Source: Thermoanaerobaculia bacterium
GTDB lineage: Bacteria > Acidobacteriota > Thermoanaerobaculia > UBA5066
Assembly: GCA_023717585.1 (NCBI GenBank)
Contig: JAMQPJ010000216.1
Location: forward strand, 1 to 40,311
Length of the DNA: 40,311 nucleotides
Direction: 5' to 3'
Under the pieces are notes generated by a model, which was not told the origin of the DNA, did not search any database, and was given only the letters and a program-made list of their open reading frames with translations. A program made the translations under genes and the position numbers. How positions within the stretch are numbered: the stretch's first letter is position 1; each line of letters begins with the position of its first letter. Shown here piece after piece: positions 16,096 to 23,801 of this stretch.

Positions 16096-17547
16096 ATGAA
16101 ACCCCTCGCCGGACGGGTGGTCCTCGCCGCCGACCACGGCGGTTTCGCGCTGAAGGAAGCGATCAAGCGACACCTGGAGGCCGGGGGCGTCGACGTCCTC
16201 GATGTCGGGACGGGCTCGGCGGAGCCGTGCGATTACCCCGTTTTCGCGCGCGCCGCCGGGGAGGCCGTCGCCTCGGGTCGGGCCTGGCGGGGGGTCGTCG
16301 TCGACGGCGCCGGCATCGGATCTTCCATGGTCGCCAACAAGATCCCCGGGGTTCGCGCGGGAATGGCCTTCGACCTGGCCACCGCGCGGAACGCGCGGGA
16401 GCACAACGACGCCAACGTCCTGACGCTCGGCGCCGGCTACCTCGCAGAGGAGCTCGCGCTCCAGATCGTGGACGTCTTCCTGTCCACCGACTGCACCGTG
16501 GAGCGCCACAAGCGCCGTGTCGCTATGATCGACGCCATCGACAAGAGCCGCGGGAACACGCCGGAGGATCCGCGCCGTCCGCTGAGCTCGAGGAGTTCGC
16601 CGTCCATGGCCTCACCCGATTTCGATTCGCTCGTCGGCCGGATCACCCAGATCCTGACCTCGAATCCCTCGCTCCTCGTCCCGCCGACGTGCGGAGGGTC
16701 GATGGCGGGAGGCGACGCCTGCACCGGCTGCCCCATCGGCGGCCACTGCGCGACCCGTTGCGCCGACACGGTCCGTTCAATGATCGCGTGCGTGGGCCCG
16801 GGGTGCCGGGTGTCGGGCGCGCCGGGAGGCGGCGAGGTGCCCAAGGACCTGGCCGGCTTCATCGACCACACTCTCCTCCGCGCAGACGCCACGTACGCGG
16901 ACATCGACAAGCTGTGCGACGAGGCCGCCCAGTTCGGCTTCGCCTCCGTCTGCGTCAACCCGATCTTCGTCAGGCGTTGCGCCGCCCGCCTCGTCGGCCG
17001 CTCCCCGGTCGTCTGCTCGGTTGTGGGCTTTCCGCTGGGGGCCGCGTCCAGGGAGATCAAGTCGCTTGAGGCGCGGCGTGCCATCCGCGACGGGGCGAGC
17101 GAGATCGACATGGTGATCGCGATCGGGGCGCTCAAGTCGGGCGACCTCCGATACGTGGAGGACGACATCCGGGCGGTGGCCGAAACGGCCCACGACGGCG
17201 GCGCGATCCTCAAGGTGATCCTGGAAACAGCGCTCCTGACCGACGACGAGAAAGTGGCCGGCTGCGTGGCGGCCCGCAAGGCCCGGGCGGAGTTCGTGAA
17301 GACTTCGACCGGCTTCTCCACCGGCGGCGCGACCGCCCACGACGTGGAGCTCATGGCGCGGGCCGTCGACCGGAAGCTCGGCGTGAAGGCGTCGGGAGGG
17401 ATCCGGTCGGCCGAAGACGCCGAGAAGCTCATCGCGGCCGGCGCCACCCGGATCGGTGCCTCGGTCGGCGTGAAGATCGTCAAGGAGGCCCGGGGGATCG
17501 CCGCCTCGTCGAAGAGCGGGGCGAAAGAGGCCAAAGGGACGTATTGA
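16096..17547 (+). CDS. fusion: RpiB/LacAB-family sugar-phosphate isomerase + deoxyribose-phosphate aldolase (DeoC), joined by amphipathic helix and 7-Cys linker
   Basis: N-terminal part: [29 protein letters not shown] (RpiB family). C-terminal part: [20 protein letters not shown] (Schiff-base Lys), VKASGGIR (DeoC). Linker holds [17 protein letters not shown] and C-x9-C-x2-C-x5-C-x3-C-x9-C-x4-C. Confidence 0.9.
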   Translation: MKPLAGRVVLAADHGGFALKEAIKRHLEAGGVDVLDVGTGSAEPCDYPVFARAAGEAVASGRAWRGVVVDGAGIGSSMVANKIPGVRAGMAFDLATARNAREHNDANVLTLGAGYLAEELALQIVDVFLSTDCTVERHKRRVAMIDAIDKSRGNTPEDPRRPLSSRSSPSMASPDFDSLVGRITQILTSNPSLLVPPTCGGSMAGGDACTGCPIGGHCATRCADTVRSMIACVGPGCRVSGAPGGGEVPKDLAGFIDHTLLRADATYADIDKLCDEAAQFGFASVCVNPIFVRRCAARLVGRSPVVCSVVGFPLGAASREIKSLEARRAIRDGASEIDMVIAIGALKSGDLRYVEDDIRAVAETAHDGGAILKVILETALLTDDEKVAGCVAARKARAEFVKTSTGFSTGGATAHDVELMARAVDRKLGVKASGGIRSAEDAEKLIAAGATRIGASVGVKIVKEARGIAASSKSGAKEAKGTY

Positions 17548-18182
17548 TGGCCGACCTCCGGAGCTTCGTCTACCTCGACTCGATGCAGCCGCAGGTCGCG
17601 GCCTACATCGGGACGGTTGCCCGTGGTTTCCTCCCGGTCGCCTACGAGGCCTCCCTGATCGTCGAGATCTCGCCCGGCATCGAGATCAACCGCGTGACCG
17701 ACGTCGCCGTCAAGGCGACCGATGTCCGCCCCGGCATGCAGGTCGTCGAGCGGCTCTACGGAATGCTCGAGATTCACAGCCGCTCGCAGGCCGAGGTGCG
17801 GCAGGCCGGCGCTGCCATCCTCGCCGCCCTCTCCCTTCAGGAGACCGACCGGATCAAGCCGCGGGTCCTCTCCTCGCAGGTCATCCGGCGCGTGGACGCC
17901 CTTCAGGCGCAGCTCATCAACCGCGACCGGCAGGGGATGATGCTGGTGGCCGGCGAGTCGCTCTACATCCTGGAGGTCGAGCCCGCGGCGTACGCGGCCT
18001 TCGCGGCGAACGAGGCCGAGAAGGCGGCGGAGATCAACGTGGTGGACGTCCGGATGACCGGGGCGTTCGGGCGCGTCTACCTCGGGGGAGAGCAGCGCGA
18101 CATCGACGTGGCCTCGGTCGCGGCCATCCGGGCGATCGAGTCGCTCACCGGGCGCGACGCGCAGAAGGGCCGGAGGGACTGA
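17547..18182 (+). CDS. BMC-T shell protein, CcmP/CsoS1D-like tandem permuted BMC domains
   Basis: [25 protein letters not shown]...[19 protein letters not shown]...VERLYG...QAQLINR...[22 protein letters not shown] closely tracks CcmP as I remember it. ATG overlaps the upstream stop (TGATG). TTG at 17544 is an alternative start. Confidence 0.85.
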   Translation: MADLRSFVYLDSMQPQVAAYIGTVARGFLPVAYEASLIVEISPGIEINRVTDVAVKATDVRPGMQVVERLYGMLEIHSRSQAEVRQAGAAILAALSLQETDRIKPRVLSSQVIRRVDALQAQLINRDRQGMMLVAGESLYILEVEPAAYAAFAANEAEKAAEINVVDVRMTGAFGRVYLGGEQRDIDVASVAAIRAIESLTGRDAQKGRRD

Positions 18183-18186
18183 GCCC

Positions 18187-18810
18187 GTGATCGACCTCCG
18201 CAGCTACGTCTTCCTCGACTCGCTTCAGGAGCAGCACGCGGCTTTCCTGGGGACGGTCGCGAAAGGCTTCCTGCCCGTCGGCGGACAGGCTTCCCTTTTC
18301 ATCGAGGTCTCACCCGGGATCGCGATCAACCGGCTCACCGACATCGCGGTAAAGACCACCTCCGTCACGCCCGGGATGCAGATCGTCGAACGGCTCTACG
18401 GCCTCCTCGAGGTCCACCACGACGAGCAGGCGGAGGTGCGCCGCGCGGGTGAGGCGATCCTCCGGGAGATCGGCAAGACGGAAGGCGACCGGATCAAACC
18501 CGAGATCCTTTCCTCGACCGTGATCCGGGGCCTCGACGACCGGCAGACGCAGCTCATCAACCGGACCCGCCACGGCCACATGATCGTGGCGGGCCAGTCG
18601 CTCTACATCCTGGAATGCCAGCCCGCCGCGAACGCGGCGCTGGCGGCGAACGAGGCGGAGAAGGCCGCGCGCATCAAAGTGCTGGAGATCGTCTCGTTCG
18701 GGTCGTTCGGGCGGGTCTACCTGGCGGGAGCGGACCGCGACATCGACGTCGCCCTGCCCGCGGCCGAACGGGCGATCCAGGGCCTTTCCGGGCGCGCCGC
18801 GAAGTCTTGA
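18187..18810 (+). CDS. BMC-T shell protein, second CcmP/CsoS1D-like paralogue
   Basis: Clear paralogue of the preceding gene ([25 protein letters not shown]...[19 protein letters not shown]...). GTG start 4 nt after the upstream stop. Confidence 0.85.
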   Translation: MIDLRSYVFLDSLQEQHAAFLGTVAKGFLPVGGQASLFIEVSPGIAINRLTDIAVKTTSVTPGMQIVERLYGLLEVHHDEQAEVRRAGEAILREIGKTEGDRIKPEILSSTVIRGLDDRQTQLINRTRHGHMIVAGQSLYILECQPAANAALAANEAEKAARIKVLEIVSFGSFGRVYLAGADRDIDVALPAAERAIQGLSGRAAKS

Positions 18811-18873
18811 GAAAACGTCATGCAACACCGAAGCTCAGAGAAAAGGGTGTAGAACCGAACAGGGAGGATCGAA

Positions 18874-19194
18874 ATGGCTGAAGCACTGGGAATGATCGAG
18901 TGCCGCTCCTTCGCGGCGATGGTCGAAGCGGCCGACGCGATGGTGAAGGCCGCGAAGGTGGAGCTCGTGAGCTACGAGAAGACGGGGGGCGGCTACGTGA
19001 CCGCCATCATCCGGGGCGACGTCGCGGCCGTGAAGGCGGCCGTGGACGCGGGGCAGAACGGGGCGGCGCGCGTCGGCGACATCGTCACGACCCACATCAT
19101 CGCCCGCCCGCACGTCAACGTCGACCTCGTCCTCCCGCTCGGCCGAAAGGCCGAGGTCGAGAAGGAGATCGGCGCGCACGGCGGCAAGAAGTAG
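18874..19194 (+). CDS. BMC-H hexameric shell protein (PduA/EutM/CcmK type)
   Basis: ALGMIECRSFAAMVEAADAMVKAAKVELVSYEKTGGGYVTAIIRGDVAAVKAAVDAG is a canonical PF00936-type domain. GGGAGGA RBS. Confidence 0.95.
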   Translation: MAEALGMIECRSFAAMVEAADAMVKAAKVELVSYEKTGGGYVTAIIRGDVAAVKAAVDAGQNGAARVGDIVTTHIIARPHVNVDLVLPLGRKAEVEKEIGAHGGKK

Positions 19195-19227
19195 GCGGAG
19201 CGGCGGTGAACGGGAGGCGGTGAGGCC

Positions 19228-19545
19228 ATGCTCCTGGCAAAAGTCGTCGGGACCGTCGTGGCGACGCGGAAGGACCCCCGGATCGAGGGGCTCAAGTTCC
19301 TCCTGCTTCGGCAGGTGAACCCCGAGAACCTCAAAGAGGGCGGCTTCGTGGTCGCGAATGACGCCGTGGGCTGCGGCCTGGGCGAGTACGTGCTCTATGC
19401 CTCAGGCTCCTCCGCCCGCCAGACAGAGGTCACGAAGGACCGCCCCTGCGACGCGGTCATCATGGCGATCGTGGACACCTGGGAGATAGGCGGCCAGACC
19501 CTCTTCGAGAAGAGCTCGTCCGAGCACGGGTACAGAGGCGCCTGA
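19228..19545 (+). CDS. BMC-P pentameric vertex protein (EutN/CcmL/PduN type), copy 1
   Basis: [30 protein letters not shown]...AVIMAIVD is the typical EutN/CcmL fold signature. Confidence 0.9.
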   Translation: MLLAKVVGTVVATRKDPRIEGLKFLLLRQVNPENLKEGGFVVANDAVGCGLGEYVLYASGSSARQTEVTKDRPCDAVIMAIVDTWEIGGQTLFEKSSSEHGYRGA

Positions 19546-19564
19546 CCATGGAGCGGGTTGAACC

Positions 19565-20992
19565 ATGAGCTCGGCATACAGCCCCGAGCAGATCCGGCGC
19601 CTGGCCGAGGTCATCGCCCGCGAGATCATGCCGGAAGCGGGCGCGGGGCCCCCGCCGCCTGCGGCCGGAGGCGGTGTCTTCCCGAGCCTCGACGACGCCG
19701 TCGCGGCGGCCGCCGTCGCCTTCAAGGCACTCGATGCTCTCGGTCTCGAGAAGCGACACGAGGTCATCGCATCCATGCGCGACGCCATGCGGCAGAACGC
19801 GCATTCCCTCGCGGCGCTGGCCGTCGAGGAGACGGGGCTGGGGCGCGCCGAGGACAAGGTCCAGAAGAACCTCCTCGTCACGAACAAGACGCCGGGCCCC
19901 GAAGAGCTGACGCCTGCGGCCGGGTCGGGGGACCGCGGCCTCGTCCTCGTCGAGCCGGCTCCCTTCGGCGTCATCGGGGCGATCACGCCGGTCACGAACC
20001 CCTCCTCCACGATCATCTGCAACTCCATCGGCATGGTGGCCGCGGGGAACAGCGTGGTGTTCAACCCGCACCCGTCGGCCAGGCGCGTCTCTCAGGAGAC
20101 GGTCCGCCTGCTCGCCGCGGCGATCGTGAAGGCGGGCGGACCGCCGAACACGGTCACCTGCACGGCCGAACCGACGATCCAGTCCGCGGGCGAGCTGATG
20201 AAGCACCCCCGCGTCCGGCTGCTGGTCGTCACGGGCGGCGGTGCCGTCGTGGCCGCCGCGATGAACTCCGGCAAGCGCGCCATCTGCGCCGGGCCCGGCA
20301 ACCCGCCGGCCATCGTCGACGAGACCGCCGACATCGGGAAGGCCGGACGCGACATCGTCTTCGGCCACTCGTTCGACAACAACGTCATCTGCACGGACGA
20401 GAAAGAGGTCATCGCAGTCGACTCAATCGCCGACGCGCTGAAGGGGGCGATGGTGAAGGCCGGGGCTTTCGAGCTTCCCGCCCGCGACCTCTCGCGCCTC
20501 GAGAACGTGATCTTCGAGAAGGGGGCCGGGCCGCGGGGTCACGCCGTGGTCAACAAGAAATACATCGGCAAGAACGCGTCGGTCATCCTCCGGGAGCTGG
20601 GCATCACGGCGGGGCCCGAGGTGCGAACGATCCTCGTGGAAGTGCCGAACGAGCACCCTCTCGTCTGGACAGAGCAGATGATGCCGGTCCTCCCTTTGAC
20701 GCGCGTGAAGAACGTGAGCGAGGCGATCGACCTCGGCGTCGCGGCCGAGGGCGCGTGCTTCCACACCGCGTCCATGCACTCGCACGACCTCGCGGCCCTC
20801 TCCACGATGGCGCGCCGGTGCAACTGCTCGATCTTCGTAAAAAACGGCCCCAACCTGGCGGGCCTCGGGTTCGGAGGCGAAGGGCACACCTCGTTCACGA
20901 TCGCGTCGCCGACGGGCGAAGGGATGACGAGCCCGCGGTCGTTCTCAAGGTGGCGCCGCTGCACGCTCGTCGACCATTTCCGGATCGTGTGA
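19565..20992 (+). CDS. CoA-acylating aldehyde dehydrogenase (PduP/EutE-like) with N-terminal encapsulation-peptide-like helix
   Basis: FGVIGAITPVTNP, GPGNPPAIVDETADI, and FDNNVICTDEKE (catalytic Cys context) of BMC-associated AldDH. The N-terminus PEQIRRLAEVIAREIM is followed by a Pro/Ala/Gly linker. Confidence 0.9.
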   Translation: MSSAYSPEQIRRLAEVIAREIMPEAGAGPPPPAAGGGVFPSLDDAVAAAAVAFKALDALGLEKRHEVIASMRDAMRQNAHSLAALAVEETGLGRAEDKVQKNLLVTNKTPGPEELTPAAGSGDRGLVLVEPAPFGVIGAITPVTNPSSTIICNSIGMVAAGNSVVFNPHPSARRVSQETVRLLAAAIVKAGGPPNTVTCTAEPTIQSAGELMKHPRVRLLVVTGGGAVVAAAMNSGKRAICAGPGNPPAIVDETADIGKAGRDIVFGHSFDNNVICTDEKEVIAVDSIADALKGAMVKAGAFELPARDLSRLENVIFEKGAGPRGHAVVNKKYIGKNASVILRELGITAGPEVRTILVEVPNEHPLVWTEQMMPVLPLTRVKNVSEAIDLGVAAEGACFHTASMHSHDLAALSTMARRCNCSIFVKNGPNLAGLGFGGEGHTSFTIASPTGEGMTSPRSFSRWRRCTLVDHFRIV

Positions 20993-20999
20993 CGAAGGC

Positions 21000-21605
21000 G
21001 TGATGGAGAAGAGCCCCGGCCCCGCCCTCGCGATGCTCCTCCTCGGCGAGATTCCGCCGGGCCTGCACGTTCTCGACGCGTTGGCCAAGGAGGCGGAGGT
21101 GGTGGTGCTCCAGGCGGGCACGATCCACTGCGGCCGTTACCTGATCCTGTTCGGCGGCGAGGTCGGGCCGGTGGAGCGCTCGTGGCGCCGGGCGCTCGAC
21201 CTCTCGGGCTCGCACGTCGTCGACGAGGTGCTCCTCCCGCACGCCGAGCCTCGCCTCGCGCCCGCGATCGGGACGGGGGTGATCCGCTGGCCCGCCCCCG
21301 GCGACACGCTCGGCGTTCTGCAGGCCACGACTCCGCCGGCTCTCGTCCGCGCCGTCGACGCCGCGCTCAAGGGGGCGCTCGTCGACCTCGTGGAGCTGCG
21401 CGTGGGGGACGGGCTCGGCGGGAAGGCGATCGCGAGCCTCTGGGGCGAGACGCACGACGTGGAGGCCGCGATCGAAATCGCGCGCGCCTCCTTCGAGAAG
21501 ACGAGCGCCGCGGGCGCTTCGACCGCGGTCATCCCGCGGGCGGACCCGGCCGTCCGGGAGGCTCTCGGCTCGGGGAGCCGCTTCTTCAAGGAGTTCCGGG
21601 GATGA
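21000..21605 (+). CDS. BMC-T shell protein, PduT-like tandem BMC domains
   Basis: Two BMC-like halves (ALAMLLLGEIPPGLHVLDALAKEAEV...LILFGGEVGPV and LGVLQATTPPALVRAVDAALKGALV...ASLWGETHDVEAAIE). GTG 21000 or ATG 21003 as start. Confidence 0.8.
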   Translation: MMEKSPGPALAMLLLGEIPPGLHVLDALAKEAEVVVLQAGTIHCGRYLILFGGEVGPVERSWRRALDLSGSHVVDEVLLPHAEPRLAPAIGTGVIRWPAPGDTLGVLQATTPPALVRAVDAALKGALVDLVELRVGDGLGGKAIASLWGETHDVEAAIEIARASFEKTSAAGASTAVIPRADPAVREALGSGSRFFKEFRG

Positions 21606-21889
21606 AATTGGGGAGGGTCATCGGCACGCTGGTGGCGACGGAGAAGCCCGACGCGATGAAGGGGCTCAAGCTCCTGATCGTCCGGCCGCTCACGGCGGAT
21701 CTGAAGGACGACGGCGAGCCGTTCGTCGCCACCGACGCGTCGGCGCAGGCCTCCTCGGGCGACCTCGTCACGTGGGAGGCGTCACGCGAGGCCGCGCTTC
21801 TCCACGACCCGTGGTTCATTCCGGTGGATCACGCCGTCGTCGGGATCGTCGACCAGCACTCCCTCGAGAATCCGGAGCGGGCCCGATGA
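21602..21889 (+). CDS. BMC-P vertex protein, copy 2
   Basis: ATG 21602 within ORF 21182..21889. MKLGRVIGTLVATEKPDAMKGLKLLIVRPL...AVVGIVD. ATGA overlap with the upstream stop. Confidence 0.85.
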   Translation: MKLGRVIGTLVATEKPDAMKGLKLLIVRPLTADLKDDGEPFVATDASAQASSGDLVTWEASREAALLHDPWFIPVDHAVVGIVDQHSLENPERAR

Positions 21890-22173
21890 TCCTCGGACGC
21901 GTCCTCGGAACGGTGGTCAGTACCGTCCAGCATCCCTTCTATGCCGGGAGAAAACAGCTTCTCGTGGGAGCCGTTCTGCCGGACGGAACGCTCGACGGCA
22001 CCCGGTACATCCTCGCGCTCGACATGGTCGGGGCCGGCGTGGGCGAAACCGTCCTCGTGGAGGACGAGGGAAACTCCGCGCGCCAGATCCTCGGCGACCC
22101 GAAAGCGCCGGTGAGGTCGCTCATCGTCGCGATCGTGGACGAAGTGGACGTGCCGGTGCCCGGCGGGGACTAG
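21886..22173 (+). CDS. BMC-P vertex protein, copy 3
   Basis: ATG 21886 within ORF 21772..22173. MILGRVLGTVVSTVQHPFYAGRKQLLV...LIVAIVDEV. ATGA overlap with the upstream stop. Confidence 0.85.
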   Translation: MILGRVLGTVVSTVQHPFYAGRKQLLVGAVLPDGTLDGTRYILALDMVGAGVGETVLVEDEGNSARQILGDPKAPVRSLIVAIVDEVDVPVPGGD

Positions 22174-22188
22174 AGAGAAACCCGGCTG

Positions 22189-22578
22189 TCACTCCCACAC
22201 GCGCTCGACACCGTGTCCGTCGAGCGCTTCGTCCGCGCTGAGAAGACGTGACGACGTCACCCTGGCTGCCGTGAGGATCAGGCGGTCCATCGGATCACGA
22301 ACCGCCGGCAGAGACGCGAATCCGAGCGCCTGTTCGAGATCCAGGGCAAGAACGGCATACCCGTCGTGCGCTGCGAGAGCTTCGGCGACCTGGGCGGGGC
22401 CGGCGCGGAGGCGCCCCTTTTCGTAGAGAAGCGCGACCTCGACGAGCGCGATGGCCGGTATGTAGCAGAGGGCCTGCCCCCGGTCCGCCGAGCGGAAGGC
22501 CCTTCGGGCGGCCTTTCCCAGGCGCTTCTCGTCCATCAAGTGCCAGACGAGGGCGTGCGTGTCCGCGACGAACGTCAC
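22189..22578 (-). CDS. vapC: PIN-domain toxin VapC
   Basis: GTG start (22578) inside ORF 22189..22872. VTFVADTHALVW..., ALVEVALL, PMDRLILTAA: PIN acidic residues. Convergent with the BMC operon end (15-nt gap). Confidence 0.8.
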   Translation of the reverse strand: MTFVADTHALVWHLMDEKRLGKAARRAFRSADRGQALCYIPAIALVEVALLYEKGRLRAGPAQVAEALAAHDGYAVLALDLEQALGFASLPAVRDPMDRLILTAARVTSSRLLSADEALDGHGVERVWE

Positions 22579-22847
22579 GGAATGCGGCGAGAGCGCGGGT
22601 CGAGCGACCGCGAGAGCTCGCGCCGGGCGGCGCGGAAGTCCGAGAGGTCCGGCACGATTCCGCCGTCGAGGACGTTCGCGAGGATCCGGGTCGGGGGGCG
22701 AATCCGCCCTTCGTCCGCCGCGGCGAGACCCGCCTCGACGAGACGCTCCACCTGCTGCGACAGCGAGCGTCCCTCGCGCCGGGCGGCCTGCTCGATGCGC
22801 CCGCGCGTCCGGCGAGGCAGGCGCACCGTGAGAACGGCGTCCTTCAT
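22575..22847 (-). CDS. vapB: RHH/CopG-type antitoxin (VapB-like)
   Basis: ATG 22847 in frame of ORF 22575..23480. MKDAVLTVRLPRRTRGRIEQAARREGRSLSQQVERLVEAGL is a ribbon-helix-helix signature. 4-nt GTGA overlap with vapC. Confidence 0.75.
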   Translation of the reverse strand: MKDAVLTVRLPRRTRGRIEQAARREGRSLSQQVERLVEAGLAAADEGRIRPPTRILANVLDGGIVPDLSDFRAARRELSRSLDPRSRRIP

Positions 22848-22866
22848 GTATGCGAATGTATGCGAA
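22847..22866. repeat. perfect 10-bp tandem direct repeat (TGTATGCGAA x2) at the vapB start, followed by inverted repeat ATGCG-aac-CGCAT (22860-22872)
   Basis: Read directly from sequence. It sits at and just upstream of the vapB start codon on the minus strand, where TA autoregulatory operators normally lie. Confidence 0.5.
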
Positions 22867-22924
22867 CCGCATCGACTCGTCAACGGCCTGAACTCGCGGG
22901 CCCGTTTGCCCGAGAGGGAGGAAG

Positions 22925-23539
22925 CTAGGGCCGCTCCCCCTCCGCGCCGGGCGACCAGTTCACGAGGAGGTGGACCGGTACCTCGCGGGCGGGCCGTGCG
23001 TACGAGAGGACCAGGAAGCGGGAGCCGTCCAGGGAGGGGACGTAGAAGTTCCTCGCGCCGCTCGGCGAGGCCTCGGCCGTAACCGGCTCGAAGAGTGCCT
23101 GCGGGGCGCCCGCGGTGAAGACGGCACCGGTGGTCACCGGCACCGCCATGAGCTTTCCGTCGCTGGCCAGATAGAAGAGCTCCTTGCCGTCGCGCCGCCA
23201 GATCCCCTGATCGCCGCCCGCCTTCGACACCTGCCACTTGCCGCCCGACGGCGGGAAGGTCTGCACGTAGATCTCGGGCCTCCCCGTCTCGTCCGAGGTG
23301 TACGAGAAGAAGCGTCCGTCCGGCGAGAAGGCGGCGTGCGCCTCGTTGGAGGGCGACGTCAGGACCGGCACGGGCTTCCTCTCCCCCGTCACGGGCAGGA
23401 GATAGAGGTCCACCTGGGAGTCGCCGGTCAGGCTTTCGACGAGGAGCGACTTCCCGTCCGGCGCCCAGTCGTCCGGCCACTTGTTCTCGGGCGACTTCCA
23501 GAGCAGCTCCTCCTCCCCGACGCCGGTCGCGGACTTCAC
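22925..23539 (-). pseudogene. 5'-truncated remnant of a TolB-like beta-propeller (paralogue of the C-terminus of the kinase at 23802-26555)
   Basis: Aligns by eye with the last ~200 aa of the neighbouring kinase (DWAPDGKSLLV / DWSPDGRFVAY; FSPDGRFFSYTSDETGRPEIYV / FSPDGRWIAYGSDETGTIEVYV; WRRDGKELFYLASDGKLMAVPV / WRRDGKELYYLAPDRSLMAVPV). It lacks kinase, TM and the first propeller blades. The upstream 30 codons of ORF 22925..23629 look non-coding. Confidence 0.55.
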
Positions 23540-23624
23540 CTGCCGCCCCGGCCGACCCACTGCGCCTGACCGGTCCCCGCGATCAGCCGGCGCGTCTCGG
23601 GGCGGCCGACCTCGCCGAGGAAGA

Positions 23625-23765
23625 TGCATTCAGTCGCTCGGGGCGATCGGCCCGGAGGCGAAAGCGGCCATCCCGGCCCTCAAGTCGATCAGAAAGGAGA
23701 AGGGGCAGCCGGAGTGGATTCGGGGCCTGGCGGATTCCGCGTTGGAGAAGATCCAGTCCAGGTGA
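23625..23765 (+). pseudogene. 3' remnant of a HEAT-repeat (PBS-lyase-type) protein
   Basis: The last ~46 codons of ORF 23481..23765 read IQSLGAIGPEAKAAIPALKSIRKEKGQPEWIRGLADSALEKIQSR, a single HEAT-like repeat. There is no plausible start or N-terminus; the upstream part of the ORF is antisense to the propeller remnant. Confidence 0.4.
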
Positions 23766-23801
23766 CGGCCGCGCTTCCGACTCGGCCGCTCGGCAGACAG
23801 C

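Noticed and set aside
19558-21003. 481-aa alternate-frame ORF overlapping the aldehyde dehydrogenase
   Set aside because: The frame at 19565..20992 carries all AldDH motifs. The competing frame is Arg/Gly-rich with no motifs.
22925-23629. 234-aa ORF as an intact gene
   Set aside because: Only the last ~200 aa resemble a protein (partial propeller), and the first 30 codons are Arg/Pro/Gly noise. It is treated as a truncated remnant, although expression from GTG 23539 cannot be excluded.
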